DNA of 62,986 nt, the filler included, from Intoshia linei (lineage: Eukaryota > Animalia > Orthonectida), in the NCBI GenBank assembly GCA_001642005.1. It is 6 parts of 6 records of this genome, joined end to end, with 100 filler letters (N's around TTAATTAATTAA, not from the genome) between each part and the next. Parts side by side here need not be neighbours in the genome. Positions count along the whole stretch, not along the records: positions 11,462 to 35,512 come from LWCA01000538.1; positions 35,613 to 42,280 come from LWCA01001710.1; 4 more parts are not named here. The stretch is one strand, 5' to 3'. Below are positions 25,901 to 38,829 of the stretch, piece after piece (the first letter of the stretch is position 1; each line of letters opens with the position of its first letter). The position numbers and the translations under genes were made by a program. The notes under the pieces were generated by a model that did not search any database, was not told the DNA's origin, and worked only from the letters and a program-made list of their open reading frames with translations.

Positions 25901-27397
25901 AACTCGTTTGATTTTTAAAAAAAAGGACAATGGGGCTTTTTGACCCGTAAGATGTGAGTTTGGGAGGTTGAAATTTATTCTGCTACCACCCCGGAAAAAA
26001 CTGTAATTGAAATGTGGACTTTATAAATTCTAAGACTGGTAGTTATTGAAATAAACGGTAACACAAACAGAAACCAATATTGCAAAGCATATTATATAAG
26101 TAAGGATATCATTTTTTAGTTGCTAATTACTTCTTTGGAGCGTTGAAATTGTAAAAATATTTTACGCGCCGGTACATGTAACTTATACTAAAATTTAGCA
26201 TATTGGTTATCAACGATTGAGGAATCTCAATGTATTATTTATCCGAAATAAATAAGATATTTTTAATACATTTTTAATAGTTTTTTAAAATTGTATCCAT
26301 AATCTTCGCGGACCACCGGTGGGACAACGCTGCTGTATATTTTTATTGCATATTTTGTAGTAAAATCAACTAACCAAATCAAATAAACCATGTTTATAAA
26401 AAAAGTAAGAACAACCCTGATTAAATATAAATTGATTTTATTAATTTAATAACATTTTTAAATTTTAAATCAAATCAATTTGAATACATTTAAATGACTA
26501 AATTACACAATTAACTTTTTATAGTGAAAGTACTTCAACTATTGATTAAAATTAAAAGTAAAATCACGCACATAAATTACTCGAGACACATAATCCTGAA
26601 TAATTACAATAAAAATAATGTAATACACAAAATGAAATAAAAAATATACCTTGAGAATTAGAATACGTGTTATTGAACGATCGATAAGTTAATTCACAAG
26701 AAATAAAATTGTGTAACTTTAAAAGACCTTGCTGAGGGTGATATTGGTTTTTACAGGTTAAACAATAAGAAATTTTGCATGAAGTACAAAATTGGTTTGC
26801 ATCGTGCTGTAAGCAAATTTGACATTGATCTATATTTTTGAATTTTGAACTAAACTGTGGAATCAATTGCTTAAAAATGGACTCAGTGTCCGACTTATCA
26901 TTTGCATTTGAAACGGAATATTGTTTAATAATTTGAATTAAATTTTCATCCACACTTAACAAATCAATTGAGCCATCAATTGCCTCAAAACAAAAAGGGC
27001 AAACTGAATTTTCATTGAATAATAGACAATTTTTGTTGTCTATATACGAATTATCGATTGATTTAACGTCAAATGTTTTTATCGCATCGGGATATAAATA
27101 TTTATCTCTGTTATTTACTCCGGATAAACCCGAATCGCCATCATTTGATTGAATATCCTTGTCTAGCCACGTGTCTGCAGGATTTATATTGAGTCTTTCA
27201 TATCTTTGTGAAATTTCATCATTGTATTTATTCAAATACTTGTAGTTACTTATACAACATTTGCATATAGTGTGACCGCATGGTAAGTTTACAGGTTCCC
27301 GGTACACATTATTACAGTAGTTGCATATTAGAGAATAGTTTATGTTTTTTAGTTTCTTCCATTTCCTCAATTTTTCAGTTTTTTTCAATTTATTCAT
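16925..27397 (-). CDS. TRIM9: TRIM9/TRIM67 (MADD-2)-like E3 ubiquitin ligase: RING, B-box1, B-box2, coiled coil, FN3, SPRY
   Basis: Nine phase-consistent GT-AG exons: 27397-26650, 22617-22403, 21750-21655, 21280-21047, 20648-20456, 19949-19795, 19754-19625, 18147-17959, 17196-16925 (2232 nt, 743 aa). RING is split by an insertion containing DGDSG. Also HPQQGLLKLH (B-box1), LSEKAK, NSINISW/LDFNQVY (FN3), FTNGSHNW and LGIHLN..FYVN..FTPIIS (SPRY). Confidence 0.9.
18727..18905. mobile_element. Probable hAT (Tip100-like) MITE in a TRIM intron
   Basis: GC-rich island starting CAGAGCCATCTTAA with GGCCC motifs. The right end is degenerate. Confidence 0.4.
19290..19547 (-). mobile_element. Helitron 5' fragment
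   Basis: The minus strand begins A|TCCTTACTTATATAATATGC; the body matches 25900-26106. Confidence 0.8.
20137..20386. mobile_element. hAT MITE (250 bp)
   Basis: TIRs CAGGGTCATGGAGAG / CTCTCCACGATCCTG. Flanks ATTTATAT / ATTTACAT give a 7/8 TSD. Sister copy at 44589-44843. Confidence 0.82.
23231..23552. mobile_element. piggyBac-type MITE
   Basis: TIR CCCTTAGACTC...GAGTCTAAGGG, flanked by TCAA / TTAA. Confidence 0.75.
23735..24749 (+). mobile_element. Helitron copy, 5'-truncated
   Basis: Collinear with the reverse complement of 56545-57765. Ends GCTGTTTGTACGTAGTAATTAACAATCAACCGAG|T. Confidence 0.8.
25797..26106 (-). mobile_element. Mini-Helitron (310 bp) with both termini
   Basis: A|TCCTTACTTATATAA...GCTGTTTGTACGTAGTACATAGCAATGAACCTAG|T. 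Confidence 0.85.
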
Positions 27398-28449
27398 TTT
27401 CACTTCAGAGTACTAATTACTGGTTAAAATTACAAATGATGAAAATTAATAAATTATAATAATCAACATGTGAATAATTTGCTATCAAATTTCATATTGG
27501 ATCAAACATTCATTGAGTGAAACATTGAAATATAAAATTTGCCGCTCACCGTTTATTGTTTATTTTTTACTAGTATGCGCGCAAACATCAGCGCTATAAG
27601 AATTTGATGCACTAAATGTGGTAAAAGTTGATACCACGCCTCAATTAATTAAAATTTAGCTCCATTTCAAATTTGTCTCCAAAAAGTCTACATATTATGA
27701 TTATACGTAGTAGCCATAAATTTTTATCGATATCATTTATGAATGTCACATTATATATTCCATTCACACTTTCAATGCTCAAATATTTTAATATTGATGA
27801 AAATAAATACATTTTTTTTAATTTTGGTTTTTTTTATATTTTTGTTTTTAATTTTAATATTTACAATACTTTTTTTTTGTATGTATTTTTGATAATTTGT
27901 TTATATTTTACATAATCTGATTAGAGTGAGACTTATAATCACTAATTAGTCATAATCGTCTGTCATATTTTAGATATTCTACATATCATGTAATATCAGA
28001 TCGATTTATTTTATTTTTATAATTTAATTTTACGGTTAATATAATATCAATCGACGGTAATCTATTTTGGACGGCTAAGACTGGATTTGGTACTGGGAAA
28101 ATTATTAATTTTTGAATATTCGTTGATGACAAAGTTAATCTTACTCAGTCGCACAGATGAGTTATAGAAGGGTTAGGAGATATAGAAATTGACTGATTTT
28201 TGACTAAATCGGTAATTATAATTATAAATTGTTGTTTTTTTTTGATTTAGAATTACATTTGTTATTCTAAGGATGACCGTTAAAGGAAAAAAAATTTTTT
28301 TCTTTAACAACACTTAAAGTTATCCATTACAGTGTCATCTTAGAGCAGGGGTCGGCAACCTTTTCCATCGCTTTTTTTTAGGATTTAGAAATAAATCTTT
28401 ATTTCAAAATTATTTAAAAAGTTATCAATTTCTCGGCCACTATTTGGAG

Positions 28450-28912
28450 CAGTGATTTTTAACTCATGCGCCGCGGCTCATTGGTGTTTCATGAATAGTA
28501 TCAAGGTGCGCCGAAAATATATTTGAGCTTATTTTATAATAAAGTTTTTTTTTTATTTTAAAAAATTTTATAAATTATAATTGTAGTTTCAAATTTTTAC
28601 TTTGAAAATTCTTTTATGAACATTATTTAATGTACTATTGAATAATGTAATTATATTTAATAATATGATAAACACCAAAATATCAATATATTTCATCATG
28701 TATCAAATGTTCTTTAGTAAATTTTAGTTCACCAAATAAAAGTATTTTTTTAATGTTACGATTGATAGTATTACGATATTATATTTTTATCGTTTTTAAT
28801 CTTTGCACATTTCGAATATCAAAGTGAGTTTGCTATCAAAATTTAAGGTGCGCCCTAATTTTTTATGTAATTTACAAGAGCACAATGAAGTAAAAAAGGT
28901 TAAAAAACACTG
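28450..28912. mobile_element. hAT (Charlie-type) MITE, 463 bp
   Basis: CAGTGATTTTTAAC...GTTAAAAAACACTG with a perfect 8-bp TSD ATTTGGAG. Partial inverted copy at about 34975-35180. Confidence 0.88.
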
Positions 28913-29859
28913 ATTTGGAGTGTAACAGTTTATTCACCAAACAAATTTTAACTTTAAAAAGTTTAAAAACATTTTGATGTTTGTTGACCACTATTCAATC
29001 CTTTTTATTAATTTTAGAAAAAACAATACAATGTATTGTTTTTAATATATAAAGGTAATATTAGTATATCAAGGACAAACAGGACAACCCTCTATGCAAC
29101 GGTTGATGAAAACACCTTTTAAATGATAATTGGCATCCCTACATTCATTCTTAACGAAGCGTATGTTTTAGTATATTTTAGCTATCGCTGTGGGCTTAGT
29201 ATATCAAGGTCAAACAGAACAACCCTCTATTTCAATTATATTACATGTCATGTAGAATAATATAGGAAAAATGCTATCATAAAAATTTTAATATTGCGTA
29301 ATATACCGCATTTCTCGATTGATAATTTTAAATATTCCTTTAATCATGTATGTCAATAATTCAACTGTATTAATTACTATATTATTTTGATTTGTCATAT
29401 TGACTAAATTCGTACAACCATTAATAAAATTTTAACAATATATACTATTATCTATCTATTAATGAAAATTTATAATTTATATACATAATTTTTTCATCTT
29501 TTAATCCCGTTAACCAAAAAATATCAGTTCATGAAAGATTTTATGCATAAATTAAATGTTAACATCTTAAAAACTTAACTAGCTAAAATACACGTGGTAC
29601 TTCTTTCAATTTGCATATCATTATTTTATGAAAGATTTGACAACGTAAAAATAGGCAAATGTGACAAATATCATTTACTTTTGAAATACGCCTCGGGTGA
29701 TAAATTTTTTTTAAATTAGCTATTCAAATTTTTCATTGCATTTTAGTTATTTTAGAATGTCATTGCGCAATTTTTGTTTGTTGTATGACAAGCGTGTTTA
29801 TATAAATTAGATAGAAAATAGTCATATTGCAGTTCACGAACAGCATTTGTTATTTATAC

Positions 29860-30295
29860 TGTACATTATATTGCAAAAGTCTACATTCACCCTACTTTTT
29901 GATGAAGTAAATGCATTTGTATCCAGCATAATAAGAGCATACATGATATCTTGTACATTTTTTTCCCTGGAAGTAAACTTCTAATTGGTTCATATTTACC
30001 GATTTCCTCGCCCACCTCTTTTTTTTCTGAAATTGAAAATTTCTGAAAATAGTATTAAATTTAACACACCTAGTTTTAGTTGGCTGCCATCAAAGCTATA
30101 GTACATATGTATATATTAACATTTTTTTATATCAATGCTTAAAATCAAAAAAAATTTGACACCCTAATGTCCATTTTATTACAATTTACGTTAATTTTTA
30201 TATATCTTTATCGTTATAAAAATAAATTTAAAGCATTATTATACTTGCTTCATCAAAAATGGTAGTATATGTAAACTTTTGCAACGAAGTGTACA
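29860..30295. mobile_element. Tc1/mariner-like MITE relic
   Basis: About 50-bp imperfect TIRs: TACATTATATTGCAAAAGTCTACAT..TTTTTGATGAAG versus CTTCATCAAAAA..ATGTAAACTTTTGCAACGAAGTGTA. Confidence 0.6.
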
Positions 30296-30577
30296 ATGTA
30301 ATTATACATGTGTATTAAAGTGTTTCATAAAAAATAAATAATCATATTTTTGAAATTCCATAACTATATTAGTTATTAAATATAAAAAAATGATAGTTCC
30401 AGGATATGAATAAATTTCAATGAATATTGAAGGTACCATGGATACTGCCCATGTGTGATGAAAATAATAATATTTACTGTGTGAATTTATTATAATCATT
30501 CACATATTACTTGTTTAGGAATATAATTTTTTCAATTTCTGATTTGATAAAAGTTCTTTTATATAATACTATATTTA

Positions 30578-30663
30578 TGTAACGCGCGCACTGATATATA
30601 ATTAAAAGCCGGTGCTTTATCAATAAATCCAAGATTATATTATATTGTATCATATCCTTTACA
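30578..30663 (+). mobile_element. Candidate solo LTR, 86 bp
   Basis: TTTA|TGTAAC...TTTACA|TTTA with internal TATATAA and AATAAA. Confidence 0.55.
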
Positions 30664-33600
30664 TTTATCATCAGCTTTTGCAACCAAAGCGGTCATACTG
30701 TCGTTGTATTTACAAATTTTGAATTATTCTATCGTTCATGGCAGTATTCTGAATCTTAGGAGCATCAATCAAACTTTACGTCAGAAAAGGAAATATTTTT
30801 GTCATTGACTATATAATAGTAAACATATAGGAAAACTATAAATGGCCAAGCTAATTGAACCGTTGGGAATTGGTCAAAAATATTTTAAAATACATATTAC
30901 TTTAGAGATACTATCATTTTAAACCCTAAGGATATTTTATATAACAACCCATGGGACACCTAAATGTGTATAAAAAATATATATAAAGTGTTATAATAAT
31001 ATATTGTTGGATTTTGACAGAATCTTGATAACAATTTTCATTAATGGACAAATGAACAAAAATGATAAGTATCATTTATTAATATCATGGAAAATTTTTA
31101 GTTTCTCGGAATTCTATTCTATTAATAATTGATTGGCATTCAAAAGCATCATTATCGTTAATATATTATGTAACAAATGTTATTATATTTATTGTGATTG
31201 TATCTCATTCACAAATGATATTTACGGCTAATATGAGTGATAGAATCAGAAATAGTGAATTGAACTTAAACCCAAAATTATGCCTCTCAATAAAGCTGAT
31301 TTATTACATATTAAATTGAGATTAGTATAATCTGTAGTTATAATCAATTAATAATAATTATAATTGTTACTCAACTACATAATATTAAAATCATTTAGAA
31401 TTTTCGAGATTTCTGAAATTGACATACTATATACCAGGTACACTGTATTACCATACTTTTTTCACGGGAGACCGGTAATAAATTATAACATGTATCGCGG
31501 GCCATTAAAGCGTTATTACTAGTTATCATTAAATAAAATTGATAAAAAACGTAATAAATTGACTTCTTATTGGTAAAAATTTTTTGGGATTTGGGAAACG
31601 CTGCTATATATAATTATATATAACTAGTGAATAGAAGTATATACGGTGTAAACCAGGACTCTGAAACCAGTGGCAAAAAAATAATTTTGGTGGCCCTATG
31701 TATTTTGGAGTAAATATGTAAATTATTTATTTTTAAATTTAAATGACCTTATCTTTTTATTGTTACATTAATGTAAATTAAGTAAATGCGATAATGCATT
31801 ATGCGAATGATAAATTTATCGAAATTAATCCTCATTTGATATTATACTAATAAAACGGCGCCGTAGAATTTTTTGATGTAAAAAGTAACCACAAAATGCA
31901 AAAGGCTACCGATCCCTGGTGTAAACAAAATTTCCAAATATTGTAAAATATCGTAAAATATTTATAACGAAAAATATATGGATTTAACCAAAAAAATTTA
32001 GAAACAAAATTGTCAAAATTAAAATTTGCGATTCAATTTTATCCCAAACTCCATTTTGATTCAAACATAACTAGAATCAGCGAAATTATTTCCGAAATTA
32101 ATATATATATAATTTAAAAATAAAAAAAAATAAAAATGTTATTAAGAGCCATTTCTAAAATAACTTTTTGTGAAACATAAAAAATTTATAAAAATTGATA
32201 AATTCAATACACAATATGCATTCTAAAATTTAAATAACTTTTAGAAAGAATAAAGACATAACTACAAACGACACATTAGAGATTTAAATGTCTAAAACAA
32301 ACTGATGTCTTCTTTGAAAAATGAACCAATTCAATTTAAATTTCAACAACATCAAATAAGCGTGAAAAATAAATTGCAATTCGTCAATATTAGACTAAAA
32401 TAAGTAAAAATACAAAATTGTAATAAATGGTATTAAACTCTGTATACTAGAATATGGTACTTGAAATTTTCAAAAGGCAATTGACACCGACATCTGCCTT
32501 TCAAAAGTACAAATTTAATTAAATTTTATAATGAAATGTTGTTGAGAATTTAATTGATGGATTTGATGTTTTCATGTTATCATTACATTTACCATTTCTA
32601 ATAAATTTTATAATTTTTTTAACGGAGTACATTATACTATTTATATATACATTATAAATACCTACAAATGGTAAATTTTTGTGCATTAAAATTTACGCTT
32701 TAATTTACAAATTTTCAGTAAATTAATCCCAGACAGAATCGTAAAATATATAATTTATCATATCAATAAAATTACCATTCAGTCATTTTACGATCCACAA
32801 CAGTCATCTTTGAAATCCTTCATACTATGCAATTGAAAGTATCATTAATTTAAGTTTTAAATTTCCAATTAATTATAACTTAATTCAATGTTAACTTATA
32901 AAAAAATAAATAATAAAATTCTATTATCATCAAAAATTAAACATCGAGACATAATATTACCTGTTTCAGATAAAAATTTTGCGCGCAAGTATTCAATGTA
33001 CAGCTATAGAGACGTAGTCAATACATACAATGTAGACGCCATATGCTTAATTAATTCATCTGCAACGTGAATGTTAAATTTACAATTTTGATAAATTGAT
33101 CAAAATTTTAAATGATAAATACACAAAAAAATACTTAAATATATGTACCATATTAATTTCCTCATAACATATGCAATATATTCAATAATTATGTATAATA
33201 TTATAACTTTTTAATTGAATTACCATCAATAACTTTAATGTATACATTTAATATGATATTCAAATTTATTGTGAATTCACCATATCATATTACCTGGCAT
33301 AATATTTATAGCTTTGGCGCGCAATTGTTGTCATATTGGCAAAATTTGTTTTTATTTGTTATTCTCATTTAATTTTATTTACATGTTAATTAATTCAAAC
33401 ATTAACTCAAATCAAGTCTAATTGAATTATAAAAACTGTGTTATTTAGTTCGTTGATGACGTTTGAAAATGAATATATTGACTTGAATATACGCGTAAAT
33501 TTTATTATTTATCATTTTATCAATTCAACAATAATTTTTGGAATTTTTTTTGATTGATTTTTATAATTATATTTTATTTCATGTTAATTATTAAAAATAT

Positions 33601-34089
33601 CTTTTAGAAAAATATTAAACAAGTTAATAAATTGGAAAAATCAAATTTTATAGGTTCTAATCGATTGTCGGTATTATTTATTTACAATACATTCGTTATG
33701 AATGTCAGTTAAAAAAATATTTATATGAATAGAATCAATTTTTTTTAATTTAGGATACAAAATTAAATAACATAATAAAATAAAAAAATTTAAATTCAAG
33801 GTTAATTATCCATCAATAATTATGCACGTATTAAAAAATCCTTTGTAATTGTCATGATTTAATCTTCATTGACCTCTTTTAATTATTTTTTAATTAATTT
33901 TATACATGTTGTAATAAACAATGTAATGTACCATCTATTGTATATTATGCATTGTATTATGAAAATTTTAAATTAAAGTATGTTTTACAAACTGTAGTTG
34001 AGAAATAAGAATAATTTACACAATTTTTGAAATGAAACAAATTTTTTGCTAATAATAACAATATTTTGATTTGACTTTGCATGTTGAGC

Positions 34090-34520
34090 TTCCTTTCTAA
34101 AAACAATTTTTTTGGTCTATTTTTCTTTTTCGGTGCCCTCAAGTATGGTAGGTTCCCCCTGGAGTGACAAATGTGCCCTAAAATTAAAAAATTTTTCTAG
34201 GACCCATAAAATTGCGTTTATTGAATTATGCTTGTTATCATTGTTTACGTTTTATGTATATTAATTTTTAATCGGAGTTTAACAGCAGTTTAAGTTAAAT
34301 TATCGGAATTAACGTTGTTGAAATCGAAAGAGAACTTGCCGAAAATGTCGATTTTGATGCAGTTGTTGAAAAATTTAGTTAAATGAAAATTAGAAAAAAA
34401 TATAAATTATTACAGATAAAGAAATATATATGTATATAAAAATTCAAATTTAAATATATTAAATGAGGTTACCCTAATAATTATTTACCCCCCTGGCTGA
34501 AAATCTTATATTCGCCACTA
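34090..34520 (+). mobile_element. hAT (Tip100/ZMYM1-like) deletion derivative
   Basis: Encodes VEIERELAENVDFDAVVEKFS*MKIRKK, a Tip100-type C-terminus. Ends ..CTTATATTCGCCACTA. Confidence 0.65.
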
Positions 34521-37500
34521 TATATGGATTCTAGTCCCCCTAGTCTTCACGGTCCTACGTGTGGTAACATTTGAAATTTGCTAGCATTTCTATATTTTTC
34601 AACTACTGCATATGAAGTGTATAAATCTAATAGTGCAAATAAATAAAAATAGTAGATTTCTTATGATTGTAACTCCAACTACTCGCTTGTAGCACATACA
34701 TCAACGGTCCTGCTAGTTTTCCGTAATGGATGTTTTTAAATTATCATTTAATGCAGTGTTTATCAGAGTGTTGTACGTCGTGACACACCACATGCATACC
34801 ACTTCATATTACAAATAAGCCAATATCTACAATATTTATTAACAATATTAAAAACATTTAATTCTAATCTGAGCTTTATTTTAAATTATGTTTTGGGACA
34901 ACTACCGTTCACTTTGACAAAAACTGTATGAGACTATTTCATACATCAATGTTTCATAAGCTTTATTACTTTAGGGTGCACTTTGAAATACATAAAAATT
35001 TGGTGCGCATATTAAATTTTGACAAAAAAATACATTGATATTCGAAAACGATAAAAAACGATAAAAATATATAATCATAATAATAATAAAACAATACTTT
35101 TATTTGGTGAATTTAAATTTAGTAAACAAACTTTGAGGCTTGATGAAATGTAGACAATGTATTTTCTTCTTTTGGTGTTTATATATTTTATTTATTTAAA
35201 ATTGAATAAATTGTGTGTGTATCTGTTACTATCTTTAAACCTTTAAATTTAAGGTTAAATTGCAATAAAATGTAAAATGTAAATTGTAAAATTTAAAATT
35301 AATTGTTAAAATTTATATACAAAATAACTTAACTTATTTTGAAAAATCGTTTTAAAAGTTTTAGTTTATATTTTAATATGATGTAAATTTGAATATTCTT
35401 ACTCTCAACCATTTTTACTAAAATCCAACCATTTTTGACTAAATCCTACAATTTTTACTATTAGGTCATTCACAAAGTAATGTCGTTTTTATAACTATAA
35501 TTAAAACTTCTANNNNNNNNNNNNNNNNNNNNNNNNNNNNNNNNNNNNNNNNNNNNTTAATTAATTAANNNNNNNNNNNNNNNNNNNNNNNNNNNNNNNN
35601 NNNNNNNNNNNNGGTAAAATATATCAAAATATAAAAATTCAATCATTCTAATTATTACAAAATTAAAGTAAAAAACCCTATATAAAACGGTGTAATGGAT
35701 AAATTTCGTAAAATTATATTTACATGTATATGTGTAATGCATTCTTCAAAGGGTTAAATCATGATATATTAATCCCCAAAGTGCAATTTATTCAAAAGTG
35801 CAATTTTTATTAAAATTTTCAATTTGACTTGCAATTGACAGCGCGATTGCACTGTATTTCAATTGTAATACAGTCCAACCCCGGTTTGGGGCACTTTTTC
35901 AATATCGTATTAGTTTCATAGTATAATGTAATATTTCTTATAAATAAGTGTCAAATAAACATTAAAAACATCAAAAATTGTTTATTAATTATAATTATTC
36001 CAGTACCTGGTCGTTTGAATGCATATATTCTATATTCATTTATTTTATAAATCAAGCACAGTCTGGGACATTTGAGACATTTCGTACCAGTACCGTATTG
36101 ATAAACGTTCAAACAGTGTATGTACAATACCCGTTGTGTATTTTATCAAATGTATTTACAATTTTAATCATACAATTGAAACATTTCCAAATTATTATTA
36201 CATATACATTTCATTTTTATTATTAAAATTTAAAGTTGGTATATTAACGCCGAAATTAGAAATATTAATATATTACTTTAATTCTTATTTATTACTTGTG
36301 TGTATTATACATATACACTAAAAAATAGAAGGGAATCAAAGCATAATAAACATTTAAGGAAGTTAAAAACGGAACTTAAACATAGGTCACATGAACCAGG
36401 TGTATATGGCCGTCGAAGTTCGAAAAACACAAGAAAAGTTATCACAAGAAATAGCAAAGCTTAAAAAAAAAATTTTATAAAAACCTCATAACGTCAAAGA
36501 TATCGATAAACTCAGGAACATAGAGACCGAATATGATAATATTACCAAAGAATTAAACTTTAGGAATAGTCAAGTATCGGATGATTAATTCATATTAAAT
36601 GTATTGATAAGATAAATAAACATTAGTATGCATTATATATTATTTATTAAAACTTCTTAAACGATAACATTTGGGTATTTTCAAGATTTGATTATTTCAT
36701 AAATGTGTAATTGTTATTTTATAGACAGCACAGAATTAATTAGTTAAGTTATTTTCAACAGCTGCGTCGAATTGAATTTTTTACGAGTTTTCTCAATTTT
36801 ATTTTGTACTATTGTTAATTATACATCATTAACATTTACTTTTAGGTGGAATTATGATTTTTTTGAACATTGTTAAAATTAAGAGATTTTACTTCATTTG
36901 ACCAATTTTGTAAATTTGCGATAAAATGTTAAAACTAGTGATGCGACGATTCTTAGATTTTCAACTATGCCTATTCCGATGCAATTCCAAATACCTGTGA
37001 ATCGTATGATTTTTGTAATTTTTGTTTGTTTTAATTAGAAAAATATCCAAGAATAAACGTATTTATAGAACTACGAAATAAACGATTAAGAAACAGTAAA
37101 AATTCTTAAAATTAATTAATATCAGAACTAAATAATTTTAAATTATGTTAAAACATTAGCTTTACACCAATTGTACCAAATATTATATTTGGTTTAAAAG
37201 CAGATAGAACCCCAACCCTGAAAATTAATTAGGATAATCATGTGACACATCAAATTTTTATTTGTCCGCTTATGATAAGCCCTATCATTAGGGTGATTTT
37301 TTTTAAGCTATATAAACAAAAAAATTTAACTTACAAATCAAATTTAATTCACTTTATTAATTTTTGGAAAAAAAATTCACGTAGTGTTTTTATCGTTAAA
37401 TTTTTTTCTGAACAGTGATGAAATCTCTTATTCGCAATAATTATAATATTTCTGGGGCCTTGTCGGTTGTAGCACCGTTATATAAATTTTAAAAATAATT

Positions 37501-37614
37501 GTGATGTCATTATTAGATAGTTCTGTTATACAACAAGCAGCGTTGTCTTATCCCCGTAAATATATAATTCAGGGTTTCTTAATCTTTTTTAAATTAAGTA
37601 CCCAGTTAGTCATA

Positions 37615-38400
37615 TCAACAATTTCTAGAATACCTGGAAAAAATAAAAAAATGGTTCACTAAATGCAAAAGGCTTCCGATCCCTAATTTAAGTCTTAATA
37701 AATATATATAAAAAAGTGTATTATTGTTGTAGTACAAAATCAAATATTTTTTAATATTATCTTTTAAAAAGTTTCTTTGTTTTGTCAGTAGGTGGATTAA
37801 TAAGCTGAATCTCCTTTCGACTGCAATTGAGGTTGAGGGGGCATTCCGTAAATAGTAGTATAAAGTTGGAGGTTTCGATTGATCAACGTTAATCATAATA
37901 GTTGTAATGTCGTTCTTTTTATATCTGTTTATAACATATTCATTGATATTGTCTGGCTCTCGGAAGAAATTGATATCATTCATGAGCTTGAATGATTTTT
38001 CAATACTAAAGTTGGTTTCTTTGGTCATATTAATAATATCAATTAAAGATTGATAGTCACTTAGTTCAATTAATTCATGATGCAAATTTGAATTTGACAA
38101 TGATTTCTTTGCCCTTTGCAGAATAACCCTCTCACCATCGATACCATCAATATTGCATAATAATGCATATAATAGACACTAGCTTTAAGCAAGCTACCCC
38201 ATCTAGTTATAATGGGTCGAGGTGGATAACCAATATTATGGAATAAGCCTATAATGTGTTTATTTTTTAAAGTAAAAAATTTGGTCCTCATGATTAATTC
38301 ATTAACAAGTACGTATTTTTGCTCAACCGCATGCAGCAATTATGGGCTAAATGACTTATACAAGTAACGTGAAACATATTTGGATACATCAATTTTAAGT
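37615..38400 (-). mobile_element. hAT-like (DUF659-type) transposase, central/C-terminal relic
   Basis: PNMFHVTC, PPRPIITRWGSLLKASVYY and NAPSTSIAVERRFS; frameshifted. Probably the same family as 10532-10831. Confidence 0.8.
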
Positions 38401-38434
38401 AAGAGGTTACTGAGGTATTATATCTAAAAAAACA

Positions 38435-38760
38435 TCCTAACTTATTAATATGCTACTTGATTTTTGTTTGTGTGTGTCTGTCTGTGTATTACGCTTTATT
38501 TAAGTAATTACCCGTCTTAGAATTTTATAAAGTCCACATTTCAATTACAGTTTTTTCAGGGACGTATAATAAGATAAATTTAAGCATCCCAATTTCACAT
38601 CTTACGGGTCAAAAACCCCAGTTGTCCTTTTTTGAAAATCAATCGACTTGGAGAATTTAAAAAATATATACGCTAATACGAATTTTAAAATCATAAACAT
38701 TAACATAAATTTAAATTTAAAAAAATTATATCTTCAGGGCTAAAACCCCAAATTACCCTA
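38435..38760 (+). mobile_element. Helitron 5' fragment
   Basis: A|TCCTAACTTATTAATATGC..TGTGTCTGTCTG..CACATCTTACGGGTCAAAAA. Confidence 0.8.
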
Positions 38761-38829
38761 TTACTACAAGATGGACATTCTATTGAATATTTAAGCAAAA
38801 AATTTACAGATCGATTACAGGTCGATTAA

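Noticed and set aside
32468-32506. miR-31/miR-72-like sequence AGGCAGATGTCGG in a hairpin
   Set aside because: The seed lacks one A and the hairpin is too short for a canonical pre-miRNA.
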